From Candidatus Saccharimonadota bacterium (GTDB lineage: Bacteria; Bacillota_I; Bacilli_A; Mycoplasmatales; Hepatoplasmataceae): 32,000 nucleotides of DNA. The notes below the pieces were generated by a model. That model had not been told where the DNA came from, did no database searches, and saw only the letters and a program-made list of their open reading frames with translations. Below are positions 8,018-19,384 of this stretch, piece by piece. The first letter of the stretch is position 1; every line of letters begins with the position of its first letter. Where the stretch lies: assembly GCA_027925225.1 (NCBI GenBank), contig AP027131.1, positions 270,001 through 302,000 on the forward strand, given 5' to 3'. Position numbers and translations under genes: made by a program.

Positions 8018-8980
8018 ATGAAAATGATTAAAAAAAGTTTGTTAGATTTAAAGAAATGGGAAAAATTTTTATTAATTTTTACTTTGGCTTTTACTCTTCT
8101 TTATTTCATTTTTTTTCTTACTTTTGTAAATTCAAAAAGTAATGAGTGAATACTTATTTTAATTGCAACAATTACTATAGATTTTGGTATTGTGGGTGAA
8201 ATATTTAGCGAAAAAAGAAATATACATAATTATTTAGTGGGTGGAATCCATGTTCTTTTTTATAGTCTGCTTGCTTTTAATGCGAAATATTATAGTTCTT
8301 TTGCTTTAAATTTTTTCTTTTTTTTACCAATGCAATTTATTGGATTTTATTTTTGAAGAAAAAATGTTGATAGTGAGCAAAAATATGAAAATGTAAAAAC
8401 TTTTAAAAGAACAAGTTTAATATTTTTTCTTTTTTTAACAATTTTATTTTATTTTGTTTTTTCTTTTCTTTTTAAAAGTAAAACAGATGATCCTTTACCA
8501 TTTGTAGAATCGGCTGGCACATGACTTTCAATTGTTGCGATGTTTTTAATGATTTATGGTTTTTGGGAACAATGAATACTCTGAATAATTGTTAATTTAA
8601 TAACAATTGGGATGTGAGCTTATAGTTTTAGTAGCTCAATTGGTACATATGATGCATCATTTTATTTTTCATTTGAATTAATTTATATGTGAATTATTTA
8701 CTTAATTATTTCAATAGTAGGACTTACAAATTGAAGAAAAAAATATAAAAGCGAAAAGGTTTTTAAAGTTTTGAAAAACAAAAATATGATAAATATATCT
8801 CAAGTATCTTTAAGTAAAAAATTTAATGTTCAAAACTACAAATATTATTATTCGAAAGATTTTTTAACTTATAATTTTGAAAATATTAAAATAAATTTTT
8901 TTGATTTGAATTACTTAATTCCTAAAAATATTTTAAAAGATATAAACTTAGAAAATAAAAATTATTTTTTATATAATTAG
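8018..8980 (+). CDS. pnuC: nicotinamide riboside transporter PnuC family protein with C-terminal extension
   Basis: One frame runs from ATG 8018 to TAG 8978-8980. I checked it codon by codon: nine TGA and no TAA/TAG. It is a multi-TM protein with the PnuC-like GFWEQWILWIIVNLITIGMW motif. The track ORF 8771-8980 is its in-frame tail of about 70 aa. Confidence 0.75.
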
Positions 8981-9015
8981 TTTTTAAGAGTAAAACTAAT
9001 AATGGAGATAAAATT

Positions 9016-9375
9016 ATGCCTAGTAGAAAAACAATTATCGGAAGTAAAGCATTATTAATAAGTGCAATTGGAGAGCATGAGTTTGCTACTCAAATTTTTG
9101 ATTTTACAAAGATAAGAGAAATTAGAGCCGATTTAGATGCTTTGGAAGTAAAAATTCTTACAACATTTGATGATTCTTTTTATCGTGTTTTTAAAATTAA
9201 TCTTGAAAATTCTGAAGATAAAGAAAAATTTGAAGAAGGAAAAAAAGTATTAATAAAATTTTATAATGATTTACTAAATGCTTCAATGAGATTTTCAAAA
9301 GAAGAAATTGAACAATTATCAAAAAACATAAAAGAAAGACAAAATGAAAAACAATCAAGAAAACAAATCAAATAA
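9016..9375 (+). CDS. hypothetical 119-aa protein (charged, helical C-terminus)
   Basis: Intact ORF with a GGAG SD 8 nt upstream. I recognise no motif. Confidence 0.65.
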   Translation: MPSRKTIIGSKALLISAIGEHEFATQIFDFTKIREIRADLDALEVKILTTFDDSFYRVFKINLENSEDKEKFEEGKKVLIKFYNDLLNASMRFSKEEIEQLSKNIKERQNEKQSRKQIK

Positions 9376-9405
9376 ATTTTTAAAATAATATAAAGGTTTA
9401 AGAAA

Positions 9406-9960
9406 ATGAGTAATAAAAATTTAGTTTTAGTTATAGCAACAGATGGTTTTGAAGATGTTGAATTAGTTTTAGTAAGAGATATTCTTATTAGACAAGGATA
9501 TGATGTTGATCTTGCATTTGATACTGATAAGGAATATGTATTTTCAACTTATGGATTAAAAATAAAAGTAGATTTAAGACTTGACAATATTTTAGGTTCT
9601 TTAGGACAATACAGAGCATTATATATTCCTGGGGGAATTGGTGTTGAAAAATTAGAAAAAAACCCTTCGGTATATAAAATAGTTCAACATTTTTATGAAA
9701 ATAATAAATATATTGGTGCATTATGTATGGCTCCAATAATACTTGCGAATGCAAAAATTCTTAATGGTAAAAGAGCAATAGTTTATCCAAATAAAAAATA
9801 TCAAGAAATTTTAATTAAAGAGGGAGCTCATTTAGAAGCAACTAAATGTAAATATGATGAATCTTGTTCTGTTGTAATAGACGGTAAAATAATTACTGGA
9901 CTTGATATGTATACTTCATTTAAATTTGCAAATGAATTTGTTAAACTCATAGGAAAATAA
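9406..9960 (+). CDS. DJ-1/PfpI family protein
   Basis: 184 aa. The sequence has LVIATDGFEDVELV, YIPGGIG and the nucleophile-elbow IGALCMAP typical of the DJ-1/ThiJ/PfpI family. Confidence 0.85.
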   Translation: MSNKNLVLVIATDGFEDVELVLVRDILIRQGYDVDLAFDTDKEYVFSTYGLKIKVDLRLDNILGSLGQYRALYIPGGIGVEKLEKNPSVYKIVQHFYENNKYIGALCMAPIILANAKILNGKRAIVYPNKKYQEILIKEGAHLEATKCKYDESCSVVIDGKIITGLDMYTSFKFANEFVKLIGK

Positions 9961-9961
9961 A

Positions 9962-11656
9962 GTGATAGAAAATAATTTTAAAATTAATAGATTAAACTTA
10001 AATGAAACTGTTAATTTATATGGTTGGATTAACAAAATAAGAAAAATGGGAGATATCATTTTTCTAGATTTACGTGGAAGTAATGGTATTGTTCAAATAG
10101 TTCTTGAGAAAAATCATTTAGATTATGAGAAAGTTTTAAACTTTAAAAATAATGATATTATTTCAATTTCGGGAAAAGTATTTGAAAGAAAAAATAAAAA
10201 TAAAAATATTTTTTCTGGAGACATAGAAATTATTGCTAATAAAATAAATTTAATTTCCGCAGTTTCGAACCAACTTCCTATCTTACCTTTTGAAGAAATA
10301 ACTGCTTTAGAACAAGTGAGAATGAGATATAGATATTTAGATTTAAGAAGACCTAATATTTTTAATATTTTTAAAATAAGAAGCGAATTTAATAAATATA
10401 CAAGAAGATTTTTTGATGAAAATAATTTTCTTGAAATAGAAACGCCTTATCTTACAAAGAGAACATATGGAGGAGCTTCTGAATTAATTGTTACTTCTAA
10501 AAATCACTTAGGAAAAGAATATGCATTAGCACAATCGCCACAAATTTATAAGCAGCTTTTAATGTATTCTGGATTTGAAAGATATTATCAAATTGCTAGA
10601 TGTTTTAGAGATGAAGATTCAAGATCGGATAGACAACTTGAATTTACACAGTTAGATTTAGAAATGAGTTTTATAAATGACAAGGAAATAGAAGAAAAAA
10701 TTTATTTATTAATTGAACTTTATTTTGAATTTATTTTAAAAAATGTTTTTAAAAAAGAAATTTTGCTTCCTTTTAAAAGAATTACTTATAAATACGCATT
10801 AGAGAATTATGGTTCTGATAAACCTGATTTAAGATATGAAAATAAAATTTTTGATTTAATTAAAAATAATTTAATTAAATTAAAAGATAAAAAAATAGCA
10901 AAAGGGATTGCTTTTGAAAAAAATATTTCAATTAGTCAAATTAAAAAAATTAAAAAAGATTTTAAAGATAATTCTATAAATTTTTCTTATTTTTTTGTAA
11001 AAGATGGAATTTATTCTGAAGGAGAAATTAAAGAAGAATTTAAAAAAGATATTAATAAATTTAATAATTTTTTAAATTTATCAAATTATTTTGTAATTTT
11101 TTTAATTTCAGAAGATAAAAATAAATTATTAAATACACTTGGAGAAATAAGAATTAAGGTTGCAAAGAAATTAAATTTAGCGAATAAAGATAAATTAAAA
11201 TTTTGTTGGATTACTGATTTTCCTTTATTTGATAAAGATAAAGAAAATAATTTGGTTTCTAGTCATAATCCTTTTGTTGCATTAAAAGATGAAAGTGATT
11301 TAGAAAAAATAAATTTAAAAAAGGAAAATGAATTATTAAATTTGATGTCTAGATCTTATGATTTAGTTCTAAATGGTTATGAAATAGCAGGTGGATCAAT
11401 AAGAATCAGGGATAAAGAAATTCAAAGGAAGATTTTCAAAATTCTAAAATTAACAAATGAAGAAATTGATAGAAATTTTGACTGACTTCTTACGGCTCAA
11501 TCTTTTGCTACTCCATATCATGGTGGTATTGCACTTGGGATTGATAGAATACTTGCAATACTTTTAAAAAAATCTTCTATAAAAGAAGTTATTGCTTTTC
11601 CTAAGACTTCTCAAGGTACTGATGAATTGAGTGGCGCTCCAAGTGAAAAAAATTAG
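9962..11656 (+). CDS. aspS: aspartate--tRNA ligase
   Basis: The gene starts at GTG. The track ORF 9962-11485 continues over one TGA (..NFDWLLTAQSFATPYHGGIALGIDRI..). Class IIb motifs are present: LAQSPQIYKQLLM, FRDEDSRSDRQLEFTQLD and GGIALGIDR. 564 aa; ends at TAG 11654-11656. Confidence 0.95.
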
Positions 11657-11693
11657 AATAGGTTTTGCTTTATAATTAAAATGATTAAATGAA

Positions 11694-12683
11694 ATGGCAA
11701 GAACTAAAATATTAAAAAATAAAAAGTTTCGTATCCTCTGTATTGATGGAGGAGGACTTAAGGGTGTTTTTACAATTTATGCATTAATGCAGCTTAAAAA
11801 AGAATATGGAATTGATGTTTATGAAGAATTTGATATGTTTGTTGGTACATCAACAGGTGCACTTATACTTGCTCTTATTCTTTCAAAAAAAAATTTAGAA
11901 GATGCTTATAATGAATATATTAGAAAACCAAATTTTATTTTTTCTGAAAAAAATAGTCTTTTAAAACAATTAAGAAGTACTTTTTTCTCTCAATTTAAAA
12001 GTGAAAATTTAGTAAAAAATATTGAGCAATATGTTGATGATATGAGTTTTGAAGAATTTGAAAAAATTGCTAAAAAACCTTTTTTGTTTACAGCGACAAA
12101 TATTACTGAAGCAAAACCAGTTGTTTTTGGTTCTAGTCATTTTAATTTTGTAAATCAAAGATATAGAAATACCAAAATAAGAGATGCTCTTTATGCTTCT
12201 TCTGCAGCACCTTTTTATTTTGAACCGCTTATTGAAAAGGGAACTGATAATATAATTGCTGATGGCGGACTTTGAGCTAATAATCCAGTTTTGTTGGCAA
12301 TTATATATGCAATAGGAGATTTAGAAGTTAATTTTGATAATATTGAAATAGTTTCTTTTGGACAAACAAATACAGAAAAATTAGCTGTAAATTTTACAAA
12401 AGGATTTACACCAAAGGAAATTTTTATGTTAATTTCTTCTTCTTTAGTTGCAAGACAAAATTTTGATAATTTTGCTTCAACAATTTTATTAAAAGATAGA
12501 TTATTTAGATATTCTCCTGAGGAAGAATTTAAAGGAAATAAATTAAGTAATATTTCAGATGAATTTATAAATTACACTCATATTTATTGAGAAGAAAATA
12601 AAGAAAATCTTTTAAAATTTATTAAAAAAAGAAAAAGAAAAAATCTAAATTACTTTTTAGGAAAAGAAAAGCAATATAATTAG
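11694..12683 (+). CDS. patatin-like phospholipase
   Basis: Track pieces 11694-12275 and 12291-12590 plus a tail are joined by TGA. The oxyanion CIDGGGLKG, the nucleophile GTSTGA (GxSxG) and the catalytic Asp in ADGGLWANNP are all present. 329 aa. Confidence 0.9.
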
Positions 12684-12714
12684 ATATAATAATAAAAAAT
12701 GTTTTAAAAAAAAG

Positions 12715-13179
12715 ATGGAAATAACTACTACTACAGGACAATTTTTCTCATTGTTTTTCTTATTTTTTGGAATACTAACAATTCTAATAATTGTTATCTT
12801 TTATTCTAAATGACAAATTTATGGACCAAAATGACATAATTTTTCAACAAAGGTTAAATCATATTTTAAAAATAAATTTGATAAATCAAAACCAAAAGTG
12901 CAAAAAGGCGCAGTTATAGAAAATGAATCTTTAAAAGAGGAATTAGAAAAAAAAGAAAAACAAGCCGTCAGTGCACAAGAATTATTATCAATACAAAATA
13001 AAAAATTGCAGCATCAAAAAGAAGTGCAAAAAATGCAAATTGAAATTAATGAAAAAGCAAAGAAAAAAGAAGGAAAAACAAATGAAAAGAAAGAGCAAAA
13101 AGATTTAAAAATAGAAGAAAAAGAATTTAAAAAACAAGCGAAAAAAGAAAAAAAAGCAAAGAAAAAAAAGGGGAAATAA
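12715..13179 (+). CDS. membrane-anchored Lys/Glu-rich protein
   Basis: ATG 12715 lies in frame with the track ORF 12898-13179 across two TGA codons. The N-terminal TM is QFFSLFFLFFGILTILIIVIFY, followed by a highly charged KE-rich tail ending KKEKKAKKKKGK. Confidence 0.7.
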
Positions 13180-13189
13180 AGGAGAAAAA

Positions 13190-13435
13190 ATGGAAGCTTG
13201 AGAAATAGTTGGAATAACATTTATATGTTTATTACCAGTTGCAATATTTTTAACTTTTTATATTACTAGAAAATTAATTGAAAAACAATTAAAAGAAAAT
13301 CCACCAATTTCTGAAAAACAAGTACGTGCTATGTTTCAGCAAATGGGTAGAAAACCATCAGAAGCACAAGTAAGAAATACTTTAAATGCTTTAAAGGGTA
13401 GCAAAAGCAAAAATAAATATAAAAAGAGAAAATAA
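13190..13435 (+). CDS. UPF0154/YneF-like small membrane protein
   Basis: MEAWEIVGITFICLLPVAIFLTFYITRKLIEKQLKENPPISEKQVRAMFQQMGRKPSEAQV.. has one TM followed by the ENPPI..MGxKPS pattern of YneF-family proteins. An AAAGGAG SD lies upstream. The ORF is missing from the track because of TGA at codon 4. Confidence 0.75.
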
Positions 13436-13947
13436 TGTCAATTGAAATTAAAAAGATTGTAAATAAAGAGGACTGAAAAAAATTTAATAATTGAATACAA
13501 GAAAATAAAATTTTTTCAAATGATTCAACTTTCTTCACAGATCTTTTAAATATTAATCAAAATAAAAAGTATAAAAACTCTTTTTATGAGTTTTATTTTT
13601 TTAATTCAAAATTTTTAGATAATGCTTATACAATTTTTGATGACTATACAGATAAATCTGAAAAAAAAATTTTAAATAATAATAATAATTTTTTAAATTT
13701 TTTTTTAAGTCTTTTTATTTATAAAAACCCTAAATTAAAAAATGAATGAGAAATGCTTTTTATGTTTTTTAAAAATCTTGATGAATATTTAAAAAAAGAT
13801 AAAAAAGATTATAATAGGGAATTTGAAATTGTTCAAGATTATTGAAATTTTATTAATTTCTTATTTGAAAATAAAATAAAAAATTTTAATAATTGAGTTT
13901 TACTTATTAATAGTCATGTTTATAAAAAATCTAAGGGATTTATTTAG
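13435..13947 (+). CDS. hypothetical 170-aa protein (Trp/Asn/Phe-rich)
   Basis: The start is coupled to the upstream gene through TAATG. The frame is open across five TGA codons to TAG 13945-13947. I recognise no motif. Confidence 0.6.
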
Positions 13948-14048
13948 TTTTTCAATTAATGATATTTTTATGTAAAATTATTATTTTTATATAATTATTT
14001 TAATTTGTTTTAGTAATGTTACTTTTGGAAGGTTATTTAAAATTTTAA

Positions 14049-15962
14049 ATGGATAAAAAATATAATGCAAATTCAATTGAAGTAATTGAAAATTTAGAAG
14101 CAGTTAGAAAAAGACCGGGAATGTATATTGGTGATACAAATTCAAAAGGATTACATCACTTAGTAAGAGAAATTTTAGACAACTCAATTGATGAATATCT
14201 TTCTGGTTTTGCAGATAAAATAATTGTAACCTTAAATATTGATGATTCTGTTGAAGTTGAAGATAATGGAAGAGGTATTCCTATCGATATTCATTCAAAA
14301 ACAAAAAAACCTGCAATTGAAACAATTTTTACAACTCTTCATGCAGGAGGGAAATTCGGAGGAGAAAAATCTGGATATAAAATTTCTGGTGGACTTCATG
14401 GTGTCGGGTCTTCTGTTGTGAATGCACTTTCTGAATTTCTTGAAGTTATCGTTTGAAAAGATAAGGAAGAATATAGTATTAAATTTTTTAATGGTGGAAA
14501 AATAAAGGAACCACTCACACTTGTTGGTAAAACTTGAAAACATGGTACTAAAATAAAATTTAAAGCGGATAAAAAAATTTTTGCTACAACAACAATAGAC
14601 AGTCAAATAGTTTATGAATTATTAGAACAAACAGCTTACTTAAATTCAAAATTATCAATTATTTTTATTGATAATAAAAATAATAAAAAAACAGAATTTA
14701 AATTTAAAAATGGCTTAATTGATTATGTAAATTTACTTACAAAAGAAGAAGAAGAATTAACTCCTCCTTCTCTTTTTTCTGTAAAAAATGATGAAATGAA
14801 TATAATGTTTGCTTTTAAATACACAACATCAATTGAAGAAAAAATTTTTTCTTTTGTAAATAATATTGAAACAAAAGATGGTGGATCTCATGAAGTTGGA
14901 TTTAAATTAGCTTTTACAAAAGCTATAAATGATTATATAAATGAAAATAATTTACAAGAGGGTGGAAAAGTTTTAGAAGGCTCTGATATAAGAGAAGGAA
15001 TATGTGCTGTAATTTCAATTTTTGTTGTTGAAAAATATTTACAATTTGAAGGACAAACAAAATCTAAATTATCTTCAAACAAAGTAAGAATGTTTGTTGA
15101 TAAAGCAATTTATGATAATTTAAGACATTATCTAAATAAAAATAATAAATATGCTTTAACAATTGTAAAAAAAGCATATGAATCTAAAAGGGCTAAATTA
15201 GCTGCAAGAAAAGCAAGAGAAGTTTCTAGACAACTTATTCAAATAAAAGGTAAATCAGTAATAAATAAACTTGTTCCTGCACAATCAAATAAAGCAGAAG
15301 AAAGAGAATTATTTTTAGTTGAAGGAGATTCGGCTGGTGGTTCAGCAAAAAGAGGAAGGGATAATAAAACACAAGCAATTCTATCTTTAAAAGGTAAAAT
15401 AATAAATACAGAAAAAGCAACAATAAAGGCAATTTTAGAAAATGAAGAGCTTTTATCAATAATAGCAGCAATCGGAACTGGAATAAGAGGAGATTTTGAT
15501 ATTAGAGGACTTAAATATGGGAAAATCATCATAATGACTGACGCAGATACTGATGGTGCTCATATCCAAGTTTTACTATTAACGTTTTTTTATAGATTTA
15601 TGCAAAAACTTATAAAATTAGGAAAAGTTTATATTGCTTATCCTCCTTTATTTAAGGCAAAAGATTTAGATAGTAAAAAACAATTTTATATTTGAACAAA
15701 TGATGAAATGAAAGAAATTAAAAAAAAATATAGTAAATTAGAAATTCAAAGATACAAAGGTCTTGGAGAAATGAATTTTGAACAACTTTGAGAAACAACA
15801 ATGGATCCAGAAACAAGAACTTTAATTAAGGTTCATGTTTCTGATCTTGATGTTGCAAATAAAAGGATTGAAACATTAATGGGAAAAGATGTAGACATTA
15901 GAAGAAAATGGCTTGAAAGAAATGTTGAATTTAGTTTTGATGATGATTTTGATAAGGAATAA
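14049..15962 (+). CDS. parE: DNA topoisomerase IV subunit B
   Basis: Track pieces 14049-14456 and 14796-15695 plus a tail are joined by TGA. The GHKL ATPase motifs ([28 protein letters not shown]) and the Toprim motifs ([22 protein letters not shown]) are present. The call of ParE rather than GyrB follows from the ParC-type partner gene. Confidence 0.9.
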
Positions 15963-15965
15963 ATT

Positions 15966-18518
15966 ATGGCTTTTGAAGAAAATATAAAAATTGAAGAAAT
16001 TGATAAATTAATAGGAGAAAAATTTGGTAATTATTCTAAATATATTATTCAAGAAAGAGCATTACCTGATTTAAGAGATGGCTTAAAACCAGTACAAAGA
16101 AGAATTCTCTTTGCCATGAATAAATTAAGTCTTTATTATCGAACTCCTCATAAAAAATCTGCTCGTGTTGTTGGTGATGTTATAGGTAAATATCATCCTC
16201 ATGGTGATTCTTCGGTTTATGAAGCTATGGTAAGAATGTCTCAACTTTGAAAAATGAATCTTCCTCTTGTTGATATGCACGGAAATAATGGATCAATTGA
16301 TGGAGATTCTCCTGCTGCAATGCGTTATACTGAATCAAGACTTTCTAAATTAAGTAATTATTTACTTTTAAATATTGAAAAGGAAATTGTTCCTTTTGTT
16401 TTAAATTTTGATGATACAGAAAAAGAGCCTGTTGTATTACCTGCTTTATTTCCTAATTTACTTTTAAATGGATCTACTGGAATTGCTTCTGGTTATTCAA
16501 CAAATATTCCTCCTCATAATTTGCACGAATTAATAAATGCATTAATTTTTGTTTTTAGAAATAAAGGAAATAAACTTTCATATTCAAGTTTAAAAAAAAT
16601 TATAAAGGGTCCTGATTTTCCAACGGGAGGTATTATAAATGGTAGAGAAGGTATTGATGAAATTTATCGCACTGGAAAAGGAAAAATAAATTTAAGAGCA
16701 AGATATGAAATAAATAAAAATGAAAATGAAATTTATATTATAGAAATTCCTTTTGAAACTTCTAAAAGTGAAATAGTAAAAGAAATATCAAAAATAATTG
16801 ATGAAAATAAACTTCCAGGAATTTTAGATGTAAGAGATGATTCTGGAAGACACGGACTTAAAATAACTATTTTATTAAGCAGCGATGCTAATTTTGGATT
16901 AATTTTAAATTATTTATTTAAATATACTTCTTTGGAAAAACCATTTCATGCAAATTTAATTGCTATTCAAAATAAAAAGCCAGTTTTATTAACTTTAAAA
17001 GATACTTTGGAGAATTTTGCTAATTTTCAAATAAAAACTTATTTAAGTCTTTTTGATTTTGAATTAAAAAAATATCAAAAAAGATTAGAAATTGTAGATG
17101 CTCTAATACTTTTAAATAAATCAGTAAATTTAGGAATTAAATTAATTCAAGAAGCAAAAAATAAAGAAGAAGCAAAGGAGAAATTAATTGAATTTTATAA
17201 TTTTAACAATAATCAAGCAGAAGCAATTGTAAATTTAAGATTATATAGATTAACTTCTACTGATGTAAATAATCTTTATGAAGATTTTAAATTTCTAAAA
17301 GAAAAAATTGCATTTTATGACAAAGGATTAAATGATAAATCTTTTTTAATTGAAAATATTATTGGAAATCTTGAAATTTTAAATAACAAATTTTTGCATA
17401 AAAGAAAAACAAAAATTTTAAGTAAAAAATTAGAAGAAGAAATAAAAGAAATTGATTTAATATCAGAAAAAAATATAATTTTTGGAGTAACTTTTGAAGG
17501 ATACATAAAAGTTATTGATAAATCATTAAATCAAAATTATAAAGAAGAAGATTATAAATTAGTAAATGGAGACTTCTTAATTTTTACAAAGGAAGTTTCT
17601 AATTTAAAGAAAATTTTTATTTTTACAACAACAGGAAAATATTTTGTTCTTCCGATTTATAAATTTAATGAACAAAAATGAACAGATCTTGGAGAACATT
17701 TATCAAAATATTTTTCTATTGATTCCAAAGATCATGTTCTTACTTGTGGTTTTTTTGATGATGTAAAAGAAATAGAAGAACAAATTCTTATTTCTACAAA
17801 AAAAGGAAAAATAAAAAAAATGAATATTTCCGAATTTGAAAATCAAACAACAAAGCGTGGATTAAAATTTATTTCACTTTTAGATGTAAATGATGCTGTT
17901 GTTAGCATAAATTCAATTTCAAATGAAAATCAATATGTTTCAAGTGTTTCTAAAAAAGGATATTATATTAAATATAATTTAAAAGGTATTCCTTTATTTG
18001 GTTCTAATTCAATGGGAATTACAAATATGAAATTAAATCCTGATGATTATGTAGTTGGTACTGTTGTTGTTGAAAAAGATAAAGATATTTATAATGCGGC
18101 GCAAGTTCTTTTTGTTTCAAAATATGCAAGAGCAAAAAGGGTAAGATTTTCTGATTTAAAAATAACTTCAAGAGCAAGAAAAGGATCTAGAATTTTAAAT
18201 AAATTAAATAAATATGAAAATGATGAAATTATTAGTTATGTTGAAATTAATAAAAATAAAAATATATATTTAATGTTTAAAGATAACAAAATTGAAAACT
18301 TTTTAACAAATAGGATTATTGCAATTTCAAATATTGATTCAAATTTTAATTGAATTTATACAAATAATAAGATTATTAAAAATTTTGCTGGAATAGAATT
18401 AAAGTTTTCAGAAAATTTAAATTTAGATAGAAATAATATTGAAACAGAAGAATCTGAAGAAACAGAGGAAACACTAAATTTAGATAAAATTTTTGATGAT
18501 TTAAAAGATTTAGATTAG
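15966..18518 (+). CDS. parC: DNA topoisomerase IV subunit A
   Basis: Track pieces 15966-16250, 16254-17681 and 17820-18353 are joined by TGA. The motifs are [20 protein letters not shown] (the Q in PVQRR is typical of Gram-positive ParC, where GyrA has PVHRR), GKYHPHGD and the catalytic AAMRYTE. 850 aa. Confidence 0.9.
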
Positions 18519-18595
18519 TATTTATAATGTTAAAATTAATAGATTTTTAAAAATGTGTTAAAATTATTGTTAGTTAAAAGTGTGGTGAATTTATA

Positions 18596-18754
18596 ATGAG
18601 ACAAAAATTAATGTTAAAGTGTTCAGTTTGTGGTAATAACAATTATATTTTGGATAAGAACAAACAAAAACATCCAGAAAAATTAGAAGCAAAAAAATAT
18701 TGCAAATTTTGTCAAAAACAAACAAAACATATTGAAACAACTAAATTAAAATAA
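18596..18754 (+). CDS. rpmG: 50S ribosomal protein L33
   Basis: 52 aa, below the track cutoff: MRQKLMLKCSVCGNNNYILDKNKQKHPEKLEAKKYCKFCQKQTKHIETTKLK. This has the CxxC...CxxC L33 pattern. Confidence 0.9.
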   Translation: MRQKLMLKCSVCGNNNYILDKNKQKHPEKLEAKKYCKFCQKQTKHIETTKLK

Positions 18755-18755
18755 A

Positions 18756-19382
18756 ATGAATGAAAAAAAAACAAAAGATTCAAAAAGCGTAGAAAGTTCT
18801 AACTCTTTTTTGTTTGGCTTTTTTGTTAATTATTTTAAACCTTCAGCTTATATTTCATCAATTTCAGATATTAGTTTAAAAAAATTAAAAGAACAAGGAA
18901 TAAAAATGATTATTTGCGATTTGGATAATACACTTGTTCCACATTACACAAAATTTCCTTCAAAAAATGCAATAAATTTTGTTAATGAAGTTAAAAAATT
19001 AAATTTAATATTTGTAATAATTTCTAATAATACAAAAAATAGAGTTCGTTTTTTTGCAGAAAAATTAAAGTTAGATGACTATATTTATAATGCCAAAAAA
19101 CCTTATACCAAATATGTAAAAAAAATTTTAAAAAAATATGAAATTTCTACGGATGAAGCATTAATAATAGGAGATATGATAGTTACAGATATTTTGCTTG
19201 CAAATATTTTACATATTGAATCTATTTTAGTTACTCCGATTATAGATTATGGAAATACAATTAGTAGATCATTAAAATTTTTAGAAAAATATGCTTTTTT
19301 AAGACTTTCGAGAAATAATTTGATTACAAGTGATAACATTTTAAACAAGAAAGATTTTTATGAAGAATATGATCTCTTATAG
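18756..19382 (+). CDS. YqeG-family HAD-IIIA phosphatase
   Basis: The motifs ICDLDNTLV and IGDMIVTDILLAN are present, and the gene is syntenic with yqeH as in Firmicutes. Confidence 0.8.
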   Translation: MNEKKTKDSKSVESSNSFLFGFFVNYFKPSAYISSISDISLKKLKEQGIKMIICDLDNTLVPHYTKFPSKNAINFVNEVKKLNLIFVIISNNTKNRVRFFAEKLKLDDYIYNAKKPYTKYVKKILKKYEISTDEALIIGDMIVTDILLANILHIESILVTPIIDYGNTISRSLKFLEKYAFLRLSRNNLITSDNILNKKDFYEEYDLL

Positions 19383-19384
19383 TT

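Noticed and set aside
8631-8645. tRNA-like D-arm string GTAGCTCAATTGGTA
   Set aside because: It lies inside the verified PnuC frame (..SSSIGTY..). There is no complementary GAGC closing of the D-stem, no anticodon arm and no T-arm (GTTCRANYC), so a cloverleaf cannot be drawn.
9488-9754. 88-aa minus-strand ORF
   Set aside because: It is antisense inside the DJ-1/PfpI gene, whose catalytic motifs are clear on the plus strand.
11694-12683. Patatin phospholipase as a CapV-like CBASS effector
   Set aside because: No cGAS/DncV-like nucleotidyltransferase or other defence gene is adjacent. The neighbours are aspS and small membrane proteins.
13014-13538. Minus-strand ORFs 13014-13220 and 13329-13538
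   Set aside because: They are antisense shadows: a poly-Phe translation of the poly-Lys tail gene, and an overlap with the YneF-like and 170-aa genes.
14239-15532. ORFs 14239-14421(+), 14295-14606(-), 15235-15471(-) and 15239-15532(-)
   Set aside because: All are off-frame or antisense within parE, whose GHKL and Toprim motifs define the true frame.
17315-17506. 63-aa minus-strand ORF
   Set aside because: It is antisense within parC.
14049-18518. Calling the type II topoisomerase pair gyrB-gyrA
   Set aside because: The A subunit has [10 protein letters not shown] (GyrA proteins carry PVHRR) and the N-terminus [27 protein letters not shown] typical of Gram-positive ParC, so parE-parC is preferred. 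A phylogeny would settle the question.
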